Source of the DNA: Gemmatimonadota bacterium | Lineage (GTDB): Bacteria; Gemmatimonadota; Gemmatimonadetes; Palauibacterales; Palauibacteraceae | Direction: 5' to 3' | Assembly (NCBI GenBank): GCA_039587355.1 | Contig: JBDHIO010000032.1 | Location: 2,844-66,843 of the forward strand | DNA: 64,000 nucleotides | Shown: in pieces, positions 38,752 to 52,852 of the stretch | How the letters are laid out: each line of letters starts with the position of its first letter | Position numbering within the stretch: position 1 is the first letter of the stretch | Notes under the pieces: model-generated | The model's input: only the letters and a program-made list of their open reading frames with translations | Database searches by the model: none | Told to the model about the DNA's origin: nothing | Made by a program: the position numbers and the translations under genes

Positions 38752-41700
38752 ATGACCTCTACGCGACTCCTCGTCTCACCGCATTCGGCCACCCGGCGCT
38801 CGGCCGCGCTCGCCTGGCTTTCGGGTCTGCGCGCGACGGAGGTGCTCGTGGTCGGCGAGACGCTCGCCGCGGGACACGATCTGCTTCTCGAGGGGCGGGG
38901 CGAACCGGGGGCTTCCGCAGGGTGGCGCCGCGTCACCCTCGATCTGCTCGCCTCGGAGCTCGCGCTGGCGAGTCTGGCGGGGCGGATCCCCGCTGGCGGT
39001 ATCGCACGGGACGCGATCGTGGCCCGCACTGTTCTCGACCTCGGACCGGACCGCCTGGGACGGTTGGGCCCGGTGTCGGACACCCCCGGGTTCGTGCGCG
39101 CCGTGGGCCGGGCCCTCGAGGAGCTCCGCCTGGCAGGAATTGAAGGGGTCGGCCTCACCGGGCTCGACGACGGGCTGGCCGCACTGGCTGCCGGTGTCGA
39201 GCGCGAGTGGGAATCGGCGGGGCTGGCCGATCGTGCCACGACGCTTCGTGCCGCGACCAGTGCGGTGCGAGACCCGACCTTCGAGCATTACCTCCTCGGT
39301 CATGCCGTTCTCTTCCACGACCTCGGTCTCCGGTCGCGGCTCGAAGCGGAGTTCGCGCGGGCTCTCGCGGCGCGCGCCTCCGGTTCGCTCGTGACGGTTC
39401 CCGGGGCCGACCTCGCGACCCGGGCCGCCTTCGCCGAGGCGGCGCCGTTCGAGTGGGATGAAGAACCGGCGGGCGAAGACCGGGCTCTGCGGCGCCTGCA
39501 GGCCCACCTGTTCGCTCCACCCCCCGAGCAGAGCGAAAGCGATGAGTCGCTCACGGTGTTTTCCGCGCCGGGCGAGAGCCGCGAGTGCGTCGAGATCGCG
39601 CGACGCCTTCTCGAGCTGGCGGCGGACGGGAAAGGGTTCGACCGTGCGGCGATTCTGTTGCGGCAGCCGGGGGACTACCGGCCTTACCTGGAAGAAGCCC
39701 TGGACCGCGCGAACATCCCCGCCTGGTACGCACGCGGGGCCCGGCGGCCGGACACGGCGGGACGGGCGTTCCTCGCACTGCTGCGTTGTCGCGAGGAGAA
39801 CTACTCCGCCCTTCGCTTCGCCGAGTACCTCTCCATCGGCGAGGTTCCGCAGCCCGGGGACGACCGGGCCGAGGGGACCGTCCGTCGTCCACGACGCTGG
39901 GAGCAACTACTCGTCGAGTCCTCGGTCGTCGGGGGGCTGAACCGGTGGGAGCGCCGGCTCGACAGCCTGCGCGAGGAGTTCGAGATCAAGCGGGACGGCC
40001 TCGTGGTCGAGGACCCGGACGACCCTCGCATCGGCCGGCTCGACGGATCTCTCGTAGACCTCGAGCGGCTGCGGGAGTACGCGCTGCCGTTGCTGAGCGA
40101 ACTCGCCGCGCTGCCCGAGGCGTGCACGTGGTTGGAGTGGATCGACGCACTCGACGCGCTCGCCGCGCGATCGGTCGCGCATCCCGAGCGGATACAGGCG
40201 ACGCTCGCCGCGCTCGCCCCGATGGGTCCGGTCGGGCCCACGACACTGGGTGAGGTGGTGCGAACCCTCGGGCCCCGGCTTCTCGAGGTAACACGGCGCT
40301 CGGACGGGAGCAGGTACGGAAAGGTGTTCGTCGCACCGATCGACAGCGCGCGGGGCCTCTCTTTCGACGTGGTGTTCGTCCCGGGGATGGCCGAGCGCGT
40401 CTTTCCGCCGAAGATCTCGGAGGATCCGATCCTCCTCGACCACATCCGCGGGAAGCTCAACGCCGCCGCCGAGACGCCGGGACTGCGGACGAACGTCGAC
40501 CGGGTCGCCGACGAGCGACTCGCCCTCTCGATCGCCGTCGGTGCGGCGCGCGAGCAGGTGGTCCTCTCCTATCCCCGGATCGAAGCCGGAAAGTCGCGCC
40601 CCCGCGTCCCCTCGTTCTACATGCTCGAGGCGGTGCGGGCGGGCGAGGGTACGCTTCCGAGGTTCGAGGCCCTCGCCAAGCGCGCCGAGGACGTGTCCGA
40701 CGCGCGAATCGGCTGGCCGGCTCCTCGCGACGCCGCCCGGGCCATCGACGAGGCCGAGTACGATCTCGCGGTTCTGGCTCACCTCGGAATACGGGGCGAG
40801 TCGGCGGTGAAGGCGGCGGGCCACCTGCTCCACACGAACCCGCACCTGGCGCGGGCGCTGCGGTTCCGCGCGTACCGCTGGGAGGTGCAGGGCTGGACCT
40901 GGGCGGACGGGTTGCTCCAGCTCTCGGATGGGGCGGCGGCGGCTCTGGCCGAGCATGCTCCGGACGCGCGCCCGTACTCCGCGACCGCGCTTCAGAACTT
41001 CGCTGCCTGCCCGTATCGCTTCTACCTGTACACGATTCTGGGGCTCTCGCCTCGAGACGAGCCCGTGGGGATCGAGAGTCTCGATCCGCTGCAGAGGGGC
41101 TCGCTCGTCCACCAGGCGCAGTTCGAGCTGCTCACCCGACTCCAGCGCGAGACCGGACCGCAGGGGGAGGCGTTGCTCCCTGTCACTCCCGAGAACCTGG
41201 AGGCCGTGCGCTCCGTCCTCGACGAGGTGCTCGACAAGGTGGCGGCGGACTTCGAGGACCGGCTCGTGCCGGCGATCGGCCGCGTGTGGACCGACGGCGT
41301 AGAGTCGATCCGCCAGGACCTCCGCGAGTGGCTCTATCGAGTGAGCATCGATCCCGGCCCGTTCGAGCCCTACCGATTCGAGTTGTCGTTCGGTCTGCCG
41401 AGGGACCGCGACCGGGACGAGCACTCCGTCCCGGACCCCGTGGACCTTCCGGTCGGGTTGAAGCTCCGGGGAGCGATCGATCTCGTCGAGCGGACGCCCG
41501 GCGGCGTGCTTCGCGTCACGGACCACAAGACGGGTCGGTATCGGCCGCGTCGGGACGCGATCATCCAGGGCGGCGAGCTCTTGCAGCCCGTGCTCTACGG
41601 TCTGGCCGCGCAGCAGATCTTCCCGGGCCAGCCCGTACAGTCAGGCCGTCTCTACTACTGCACGTCCGACGGGGAGTTTCGCCCCCACGAGGTCCCGATC

Positions 41701-41901
41701 AACGAGGAGACGACGAGGGCGGCGCAGGTGCTCGCGGACGTGCTCCGAAGCGCGTACGCGGCAGGGAGCTTCGCGGCGCTACCCCGGGAGCGCGCGTGCG
41801 ACTGGTGCGACTATCGCACGGTCTGTGGTCCCGATGAGGAGCGACGGATCAAGCGGAAGCCCGCCGCCGTCGAGCTCAAACGACTGAGGGACTACCAGTG
41901 A
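38752..41901 (+). CDS. addB: AddB-like subunit: degenerate helicase fold plus PD-(D/E)XK nuclease with Fe-S cysteines
   Basis: ARGLSFDVVFVPGMAE, SATALQNFAACPY, RGAIDLVE...VTDHKTG, LQPVLY, CDWCDYRTVC. Confidence 0.85.
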   Translation: MTSTRLLVSPHSATRRSAALAWLSGLRATEVLVVGETLAAGHDLLLEGRGEPGASAGWRRVTLDLLASELALASLAGRIPAGGIARDAIVARTVLDLGPDRLGRLGPVSDTPGFVRAVGRALEELRLAGIEGVGLTGLDDGLAALAAGVEREWESAGLADRATTLRAATSAVRDPTFEHYLLGHAVLFHDLGLRSRLEAEFARALAARASGSLVTVPGADLATRAAFAEAAPFEWDEEPAGEDRALRRLQAHLFAPPPEQSESDESLTVFSAPGESRECVEIARRLLELAADGKGFDRAAILLRQPGDYRPYLEEALDRANIPAWYARGARRPDTAGRAFLALLRCREENYSALRFAEYLSIGEVPQPGDDRAEGTVRRPRRWEQLLVESSVVGGLNRWERRLDSLREEFEIKRDGLVVEDPDDPRIGRLDGSLVDLERLREYALPLLSELAALPEACTWLEWIDALDALAARSVAHPERIQATLAALAPMGPVGPTTLGEVVRTLGPRLLEVTRRSDGSRYGKVFVAPIDSARGLSFDVVFVPGMAERVFPPKISEDPILLDHIRGKLNAAAETPGLRTNVDRVADERLALSIAVGAAREQVVLSYPRIEAGKSRPRVPSFYMLEAVRAGEGTLPRFEALAKRAEDVSDARIGWPAPRDAARAIDEAEYDLAVLAHLGIRGESAVKAAGHLLHTNPHLARALRFRAYRWEVQGWTWADGLLQLSDGAAAALAEHAPDARPYSATALQNFAACPYRFYLYTILGLSPRDEPVGIESLDPLQRGSLVHQAQFELLTRLQRETGPQGEALLPVTPENLEAVRSVLDEVLDKVAADFEDRLVPAIGRVWTDGVESIRQDLREWLYRVSIDPGPFEPYRFELSFGLPRDRDRDEHSVPDPVDLPVGLKLRGAIDLVERTPGGVLRVTDHKTGRYRPRRDAIIQGGELLQPVLYGLAAQQIFPGQPVQSGRLYYCTSDGEFRPHEVPINEETTRAAQVLADVLRSAYAAGSFAALPRERACDWCDYRTVCGPDEERRIKRKPAAVELKRLRDYQ

Positions 41902-41906
41902 TCCGG

Positions 41907-43205
41907 CTACCGACCGAGCGCGGCTCCGGGGTCGAACCACGGCCGGGCCGGTGTGCTGCCGCTCATGACGAGCACGGCATCGAAGTTGAACACCAGGTCG
42001 AACAGCTCCTGGGTCGCCTCGACCTCGCGGTTGTGGATCGCCGCTCGCAGCGGCCGGAAGTCGAACAGCGTCCACGCCTCGGGGAAGACGAGGGCCTGCG
42101 TCGGCAGGACCACCGAGAGCATCCCGGCCGGGGACGTCTCGTAGGTCATCGCGACGGGGTTGAACGACGAGGTCCGCGTGTCGGGTCCGCCGACGACGAG
42201 CAGGTGGAACGAGCCGCTTCCGTCGGCCTCCGCGAGCTGCGCGACCATCGCCCCGACATCGTATTGCCTGGTCTGGTTGAGCCCGCGGTACGTGTGGTTC
42301 GCGCCGAGCTTGATGAGCGCCCGCGGCTCGAACTCGCCGGCTGCACGGGCCGCATCCAGGTGTCGGGCCATCGACTTCTTGATCCAGGTCGCACGGGCGT
42401 GGTTCGATTCCCAGTTCTGACCGGACATGAACATCCGGTTGATCCGGGCCGTCTCCTGCATCGTCTCGATGATGCGGTCGGCCCGGGAACCGGGATCCGG
42501 ATCGAGGGCTTCTCGCAGTCGGACGAACGGCTCGTCGGGCGCGGACCAGAGCAGCAGAGCGCCCGGATTGCCGGTCTCGACGAGCTGTCGGAGCCCGGCG
42601 TCTCCCATCTCCCGTGTCTCCAGGACGACCTGCCTCGCTTCGTCGGTCGTCGCGGCGGCCTCGAGAGCCGGGAAGAGATAGCGGTCGCCGAGGATGTCGT
42701 AGTCGATGCCCCAGATGACGTCGTTCACGTCCGGCAGCTCGCGAACGGCGTCCACGAGCAGGCGCGATTCGGATTCGAGGATGAAGAACGGGAAGCCCGG
42801 AGAACGTGCCTCCTGAAAGTCGGCGAGCGCCCGGGGCCCGATGCGGGCCAGCGAATCGAGCAGGACCCCCGCGTCCGGTCCGACCTCTACCGCGAGGTGG
42901 CGATACCCGGCGGGGACGAGGCTGCGGAACCAGGCCGCGGTGAAGAGGGGGATTTCCGCGATCCCGTGTTCCTCGCCGACAAGCACGAACTGAGACTCGC
43001 GGCCTGCCCGCGTGAGCAGGTCTCCACCGGTCCCCGCGAGACGGCTGTTCGTGATCACAACCGGGTGACGGTTGGCCTCGAGGATCTCGACGAGGCGGGC
43101 GTCGGGTTCCTGGCCGGCGAGCACGTCCCGTCCCGCGAGGAACAGCAACGCCAGGACGAGCGCCGTGGCGGCATCGCGAAGCCGGAATCGAAGTGGGAGC
43201 GCCAT
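41907..43205 (-). CDS. Exported hypothetical protein, erythromycin-esterase/ChaN/TraB-like fold suspected
   Basis: Signal peptide ending LAGQ; FVLVGEEHG, HLAVEVGP, WGIDY, KLGANH. Confidence 0.65.
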   Translation of the reverse strand: MALPLRFRLRDAATALVLALLFLAGRDVLAGQEPDARLVEILEANRHPVVITNSRLAGTGGDLLTRAGRESQFVLVGEEHGIAEIPLFTAAWFRSLVPAGYRHLAVEVGPDAGVLLDSLARIGPRALADFQEARSPGFPFFILESESRLLVDAVRELPDVNDVIWGIDYDILGDRYLFPALEAAATTDEARQVVLETREMGDAGLRQLVETGNPGALLLWSAPDEPFVRLREALDPDPGSRADRIIETMQETARINRMFMSGQNWESNHARATWIKKSMARHLDAARAAGEFEPRALIKLGANHTYRGLNQTRQYDVGAMVAQLAEADGSGSFHLLVVGGPDTRTSSFNPVAMTYETSPAGMLSVVLPTQALVFPEAWTLFDFRPLRAAIHNREVEATQELFDLVFNFDAVLVMSGSTPARPWFDPGAALGR

Positions 43206-43327
43206 GGGGCGGACACTACGTCTCCTTCGGGGTCCCCGATAGCGTCGGAGGGCCCGTTCAGAGAGACTCGCGGGATCACGCGTGGTGGCGCGCGCGATCC
43301 GCGGGTTCCGGGGCGGAGGAGGACGGC

Positions 43328-46300
43328 GTGACGCTGCCTGGATCCGAGCGGCTGGCGGACCGGGACGATCGCCGCGCGATCGCCGAGAGCCTCGACGAGA
43401 CGCTGTTCGTGGAGGCCGCCGCCGGCACGGGCAAGACGACCGAGCTGGTGCGCCGGATCGTCGCCGTGATCCGGCAGGGGCGCGGGACCCTGGAGGACAT
43501 CGTCGCGGTCACCTTCACCGAGAAGGCGGCCGGCGAGATGAAGCTTCGCCTGCGCGCCGAGATCGAGAGCGCCCGACGGGAGGCGGAGCCCGGCGGCGAG
43601 GAGGCGACGAACCTCGAGCGGGCGCTCGAGCAACTGGAGCTGGCCCACATCGGGACGATCCACGGGTTCTGCACGGACCTGCTCAAGGAGCGCCCGATCG
43701 AGGCCGGAGTCGACCCGGCCTTTCAGGTCGCGGCGGACGACGAGGCCGGACGGCTGCTGGACGCGGCGTTCGAATCGTGGTTCCAGGCCGTACTGGACGA
43801 TCCTCCCGAGGGCATTCGGCGCGCCCTGCGACGCGACTACGGGCGGAAGTCGGGTGGCCCGCGCGCGAAGCTGCGCGAGGCGGCCTGGCAGCTCGCGGAG
43901 CACCGCGACTTCGACGCGTCGTGGAAGCGCCCGTCCTTCGATCGAGAGGGCGCGCTCGACCGCATCATCGAGCAGATCCGGGGTCTCGGCGATCTGGCTC
44001 CCCGGGCCGCGAACCCGGACGACTGGTTTACGCGGGGGCTCGACGTCCTGCGGTTGTGGGCCCGCGAGCTACGGCTGCGCGAGGACGTGCACGGCCGCGA
44101 CTACGACTACGTGGAGACCCGGCTCCGGTCTCTCCTGCGCTCGTACGCCACGCGCCGCAGCTGGAACTGGACGGGCCGTCGGGGGAGCGACTTCGGCCAG
44201 GGGCTCGACAAGGGGGAGTTGATCGCGCGCCGCGACGCGCTACACGCCGAAATCGTCGAGACGCTCGACACCGTCGACGCCGATCTGGCGGCACTTCTTC
44301 GCGACGAGCTGCGGCCGGTGATCGACGGTTATGAGGAGCTGAAACGACGGGAAGGCCGGCTCGATTTCGTCGATCTCCTGATCCGCACGCGCGACCTGCT
44401 GCGAGACGACGACTCGATTCGGGCCCACTACCAGCGCCGCTTCACCCGGGTGTTCATCGACGAGTTCCAGGACACCGACCCGCTTCAGGTCGAGATCGCG
44501 ATGCTGCTGTGCGCGGACGATCCTGCGGAGGCCGACTTCCACCGGATCAGTCCGGTGCCCGGGAAGCTGTTTCTGGTAGGCGACCCGAAGCAGTCGATCT
44601 ACCGGTTCCGCCGCGCCGACGTCGCGATGTACGAGCGCACCCGGAACCGGCTCGCGCAGGCCGGGGCCCGGGTCGTGAACCTCACGACGAGCTTCCGCAG
44701 CCAGCCGCGGATCCAGCACGCCGTCAACGCCGCCTTCGTGCGTCGAATGACGGGGAGCGAGGACGGCAGTCAGGCGGAGTACGTTCCGCTCGATCCGTTC
44801 AGGGATGACCTGTCGGATCAACCCGCCGTCATCGCGCTGCCCGTGCCCGAGCCCTACGGGCGGTACGGCTCCGTCTATAAGGGCGCGGTCGAAGGGTCCC
44901 TGCCGGACGCGGTCGGGGCGTTCGTCGACTGGCTGGTGAACGAGTCCGGCTGGAAGGTCACAGAGCGGGAGCGGCCCGACGAACTCGTCGACGTGCAGGC
45001 CCGGCATGTCTGCCTGCTGTTCCGCAGGCTGCGGAACTGGAACAACGACGTGACCCGTCCCTACGTCCGCGAGCTCGAAGCGAGGGCCATCCCGCACGTG
45101 CTGGTCGGAGGACGCTCCTACTTCGACCGCGAGGAAGTTCTCGCGGTCCGAAACGCGCTTACGGCGATCGAGTGGCCGGATGACCGGCTCGCCGTCTACG
45201 GGGCGCTTCGGGGGCCCCTGTTCTCGCTCGGCGACGGGACGCTTCTTCACTTCAGCCACTTCATGGCGCGCGAGGGGGCGAAGAACGCGCGGCTCAATCC
45301 CCTCCGTCCTTACGGGAAGTACGACGACCTCGAGTCGATGATCGAGGCCGGGGCCCCCGCGGAACTGGTCGCCGTGTCGGAGGCGCTGTCCATCCTGGGC
45401 GAGCTCCACTACGCGCGGAACCGGCGGTCGATTCCCGAGACGATCCAGCGGCTGCTGGCGGCGGTCCGGGCGCATGCGGGGATCGCGATCTGGCCGACGG
45501 GCGAGCAGGCGCTCGCGAACGTCCTCCGGGTGGTCGATCGCGCGCGCGCCTACGAGCGCGTCGGCGCGTCGTCGTTCCGCGCGTTTCTCGATCGGATGGA
45601 GGAGGAGGCCGAGCGAGGACAGGCCGAGGAGGCGCCCATCGTGGAAGAAGGGACGGAGGGCGTCCGGATGATGACCGTTCACAAGGCCAAGGGGCTCGAG
45701 TTTCCCGTCGTGATCCTGGCGGACATGACGTGCAACGCGACGTTCGACACGCCGACGCGATACGTGGATCCCGAAGCCGGGCTCTGGGCCCAGTCGCTGG
45801 CCGGCTGCGCCCCGCTGGACCTGCTCGAGAACATCGAGGCCGAGCGAATCCGGGAGATGGCGGAGGCGGATCGGCTGACGTACGTCGCCGCTACCCGTGC
45901 CCGCGATCTGCTGATCGTGCCCGCGCTCGGAGACGGTCGGGACGGGAAGGGCGGTTTCCCGGAGCCCGGCGGCACCGGAGACGATGCCGAGTGGTGGCTC
46001 GACTCGCTTCGGCCCGGGCTCTACCCGCCTCGGGGCGAGCGACGGGCGCCGTCCGCCGACCCGAGCGCCCAGGATCTGGGGGCCCCGCCGTTCGGCCCCG
46101 AATCGGTCATCGGTCGGCGGGACCGGGACGGCGTCGAGCTCGGAGCTCCTCCCGGCTCGGTCATGCCGGGGCTGCATGTCGCGGCGGGGGGGAACCAGGT
46201 GGTCTGGTGGGACCCGACCGCCCTGGGACTCGACGTGGACGCGCCGACGGGGGAGCGGCAGAAGCGGCTCCTCGACGTCGACGATCAGGTGCAGCCCACG

Positions 46301-46972
46301 TTCAGCGTCGAGGAAGGGATCGCCGCTCACGACCGTTGGCAGGAGGGACGGGCGGAGCGGCTCGCGACGGGGTCCGTCCCCGGCGTACGCGTGACCACCG
46401 CGAAGACGGTCGCGAAGGCCGCGCTGGAAGCGGGCGAGGCTCTCCCCGCCGGCGCCGCGGTCGACTGGGTCGAGGTACCGCGTCCGGCGGACGAGGAGCG
46501 ACCACGGGGCAAGGGCGACGGAGAAGTGGGGATGCGGTTCGGAAATCTAGTGCACGAGACGCTTTCCACCATCTCGTTCGCTGCGGGAGAGGACGACGTG
46601 CGAGCCGCGGTCGGCGCGCGCGCCGCGCGTTCGGGGGCGACGGCGATCGAGCGCGAATCGGCGATCCGTCTCGTACGACGCGCCCTCGAGCACGAAGTGA
46701 TCCGGCCGGCGCTGGGGGAGGGTGCCGATGTGCGCCGGGAGATTCCTCTGTTCGAGACCGCTTCAGACGGAACGATCCGGGAGGGCGTCGCCGATCTCGC
46801 GATCCGTACCCTGAAGCCGGACGGTTCAGGCGAATGGGTCATCATCGACTACAAGACCGACTTCGATCCCGCCCCCTGGCGGGCCGAGTACGAGCACCAG
46901 GTCGCGGTGTACGCCGGGATACTGGAGGCCGCGACCGGCGAGCCCGTCCGTGGGGTCGTGCTGCTGCTCTAG
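43328..46972 (+). CDS. addA: AddA-like UvrD/SF1 helicase with C-terminal RecB-type nuclease
   Basis: GGAGGAGG upstream of GTG 43328; AAAGTGKT, VTFTEKAA, DEFQD, VGDPKQSIYRFR, TVHKAKGLEF, YVAATRA, GVAD...IIDYKT. Confidence 0.9.
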   Translation: MTLPGSERLADRDDRRAIAESLDETLFVEAAAGTGKTTELVRRIVAVIRQGRGTLEDIVAVTFTEKAAGEMKLRLRAEIESARREAEPGGEEATNLERALEQLELAHIGTIHGFCTDLLKERPIEAGVDPAFQVAADDEAGRLLDAAFESWFQAVLDDPPEGIRRALRRDYGRKSGGPRAKLREAAWQLAEHRDFDASWKRPSFDREGALDRIIEQIRGLGDLAPRAANPDDWFTRGLDVLRLWARELRLREDVHGRDYDYVETRLRSLLRSYATRRSWNWTGRRGSDFGQGLDKGELIARRDALHAEIVETLDTVDADLAALLRDELRPVIDGYEELKRREGRLDFVDLLIRTRDLLRDDDSIRAHYQRRFTRVFIDEFQDTDPLQVEIAMLLCADDPAEADFHRISPVPGKLFLVGDPKQSIYRFRRADVAMYERTRNRLAQAGARVVNLTTSFRSQPRIQHAVNAAFVRRMTGSEDGSQAEYVPLDPFRDDLSDQPAVIALPVPEPYGRYGSVYKGAVEGSLPDAVGAFVDWLVNESGWKVTERERPDELVDVQARHVCLLFRRLRNWNNDVTRPYVRELEARAIPHVLVGGRSYFDREEVLAVRNALTAIEWPDDRLAVYGALRGPLFSLGDGTLLHFSHFMAREGAKNARLNPLRPYGKYDDLESMIEAGAPAELVAVSEALSILGELHYARNRRSIPETIQRLLAAVRAHAGIAIWPTGEQALANVLRVVDRARAYERVGASSFRAFLDRMEEEAERGQAEEAPIVEEGTEGVRMMTVHKAKGLEFPVVILADMTCNATFDTPTRYVDPEAGLWAQSLAGCAPLDLLENIEAERIREMAEADRLTYVAATRARDLLIVPALGDGRDGKGGFPEPGGTGDDAEWWLDSLRPGLYPPRGERRAPSADPSAQDLGAPPFGPESVIGRRDRDGVELGAPPGSVMPGLHVAAGGNQVVWWDPTALGLDVDAPTGERQKRLLDVDDQVQPTFSVEEGIAAHDRWQEGRAERLATGSVPGVRVTTAKTVAKAALEAGEALPAGAAVDWVEVPRPADEERPRGKGDGEVGMRFGNLVHETLSTISFAAGEDDVRAAVGARAARSGATAIERESAIRLVRRALEHEVIRPALGEGADVRREIPLFETASDGTIREGVADLAIRTLKPDGSGEWVIIDYKTDFDPAPWRAEYEHQVAVYAGILEAATGEPVRGVVLLL

Positions 46973-47024
46973 TGCGCCCTCCAGTGGTGGACGGCCCGGG
47001 CGACCCGGCGCATCTTCGAACCCA

Positions 47025-50842
<3,818 letters not shown>

Positions 50843-50846
<4 letters not shown>

Positions 50847-51778
50847 CCACGCACGATCACGCCGGCCATGGCCCCACACATGCCCTTCACGGGCACGCGC
50901 AGGGCTCCGGGCCGACCGTCCGGAAACGGCTATGGCTCGTCCTCATCCTCGTCGTCGCCTACATGGGGGCGGAGGTCGTCGGCGGGATCATCAGCGGGTC
51001 GCTCGCGCTGCTCGCCGACGCCGGCCACATGCTCTCCGATGCGGGCTCACTCGGGCTCGCCCTGTTCGCCACCTGGTTCGCGAGTCGGCCGGCTCCGCCC
51101 GAGCGGACCTACGGGTACCACCGGGCGGAGATCCTCACCGCGCTCGCGCACGGCGGGACGCTCATCGCCGTCGCGATCTTCGTCTTCGTCGAGGCCTGGC
51201 AGCGGTTCCGTTCGCCGCCCGAAGTGGAGGGCGGGCTCCTGATGGTGATCGCGATCGGCGGCCTGATCGTGAACGTGATGGGTCTCTGGATCCTGCACGG
51301 TGGACGGGACGAGAACCTGAACGTGAAGGGCGCGTGGCTCCACGTCCTGACCGACGCGCTCGGGAGCCTGCAGGCGATCGTCGCGGGTGGCCTGATCCTG
51401 CTCTTCGGCTGGCACCTGGCCGACCCGATCGCTTCGGTCGTGATCGGAGTGCTCGTTCTGTACTCCGCCTGGAGCCTGACCCGGGCGTCCGTGGCGGTCC
51501 TCATGGAGGGCGTCCCCAGCCACCTCGACGTGGACGATGTGCGCGAGGCGATCGTCGGAGTCGAGGGGGTCGGCGGCGTCCACGACCTCCACATCTGGAC
51601 GATCACCTCGGGGTTCGTCGCGCTGTCGGCGCATGTCGTGGAGGCCGCCGGGGAGCGCGTCGATCGTAACCGGCTGCTCGGCCGGGTGCGCCGCTCGCTC
51701 GCCGAGGAGTTCGGGATCGAGCATACGACGATCCAGGTTGAGCCCCCTGACTTCGACGGCTGCGACGGGCCCTGCTAG
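50843..51778 (+). CDS. czcD: Cation diffusion facilitator (CzcD/ZitB-like Zn/Co/Cd exporter)
   Basis: His-rich N-terminus, SLALLADAGHMLSD, HVLTD, VHDLHIW, HTTIQVE. Confidence 0.92.
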
Positions 51779-51800
51779 GGGGATCTCCCGTGGTCGAGCC

Positions 51801-52643
51801 TCAACTGAACATCCCGCGGAGCGCTGCGTCCCGTTCGTCGGGCGGAAGGGCGCCCAGTGCCGCGAATTCCGCCGTGTCTGGCCCCGCGAGGTAGGTCCGT
51901 TTCGGCGCCTCCGACGTGAGCGCGTCCGCGACGGCGGCCTTCACGTCGTCGTGGTTCGCGGCCCCTCCCTCGAGGGCCTCGACGAGGGGAACCGACTTCG
52001 CATGCAGATCCTCGTATAGCGGTGCGATGTCAGGAGAGAGGTGCTCACGTTGTGCAGTCCAGGCGGCGATAGCCTGCTCACGGATATCCGTCGCAGTGAC
52101 CCCCGGCTGAACGACGCTCACCCCGATCCCCCAGGGCTCGAGCTCCAGGCGGAGCGTGGCGCTCATGTGATCCAGCGCCGCCTTGGTCGCGTTGTAGGCC
52201 CCGCAAATCGGGAACGGGATGAACGCGTTGATCGAGCTGATGTTCACGATCCGCCCTCCCGCCTCACGTAGCAGCGGAAGCAGACGGTTCGTGAGCGCGA
52301 ACGGCGCCATGACGTTGATCTCGAAGACCCGGCGGAACTCGTCGAGCGTCGTCTCTTCCAGCGGTTTGAATCCGGCCACGCCCGCGTTGTTCACGAGTCC
52401 CCACAACCCGCGCCCCTCGGTGGCGGATTCGAGCGCGAGAGCCGCTGCCTCGATGTCGTCGGCCTTCGTGACGTCGAGCAGAACGGGTCGGACGGCGCCC
52501 TCGGACGCCTGTCTCATGTCGTCCGCGTCGGCCTCGTTCCGGACCCCGCCCCACACCTCGAACCCGCGGTTCGCGAGGTCGTGAACGAAGCTTCGCCCGA
52601 GGCCCCTCGAGGCCCCGGTGACGAGTACGGTCTTCTGCTCCAT
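51801..52643 (-). CDS. SDR oxidoreductase (retinol/3-hydroxybutyrate dehydrogenase-like subgroup)
   Basis: TGASRGLG, LWGLVNNAG, YNATK. Confidence 0.9.
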   Translation of the reverse strand: MEQKTVLVTGASRGLGRSFVHDLANRGFEVWGGVRNEADADDMRQASEGAVRPVLLDVTKADDIEAAALALESATEGRGLWGLVNNAGVAGFKPLEETTLDEFRRVFEINVMAPFALTNRLLPLLREAGGRIVNISSINAFIPFPICGAYNATKAALDHMSATLRLELEPWGIGVSVVQPGVTATDIREQAIAAWTAQREHLSPDIAPLYEDLHAKSVPLVEALEGGAANHDDVKAAVADALTSEAPKRTYLAGPDTAEFAALGALPPDERDAALRGMFS

Positions 52644-52852
52644 CTGAACCCCTCCCTTCCAGCCATGAATAGGACGGACCGACAATCGCCTCCGAGTATA
52701 CGAGAGGCGCGGCAATATCCCCACAAGGACGTGAATCTGGCGGATCGCGACGACCTGCATTGCCCCGGCGGTGGTCGCGCGCGCGGGGTGGCATTGACAG
52801 GGGTCTCTGGAAGTTGAGACGTTTTTGCCCGTCCCGAACCCTGGAGGTCTTC

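Noticed and set aside
38752-41901. Cas4-like or defence nuclease interpretation of the PD-(D/E)XK protein
   Set aside because: Length, degenerate helicase motifs and the nearby UvrD-nuclease partner fit AddB better.
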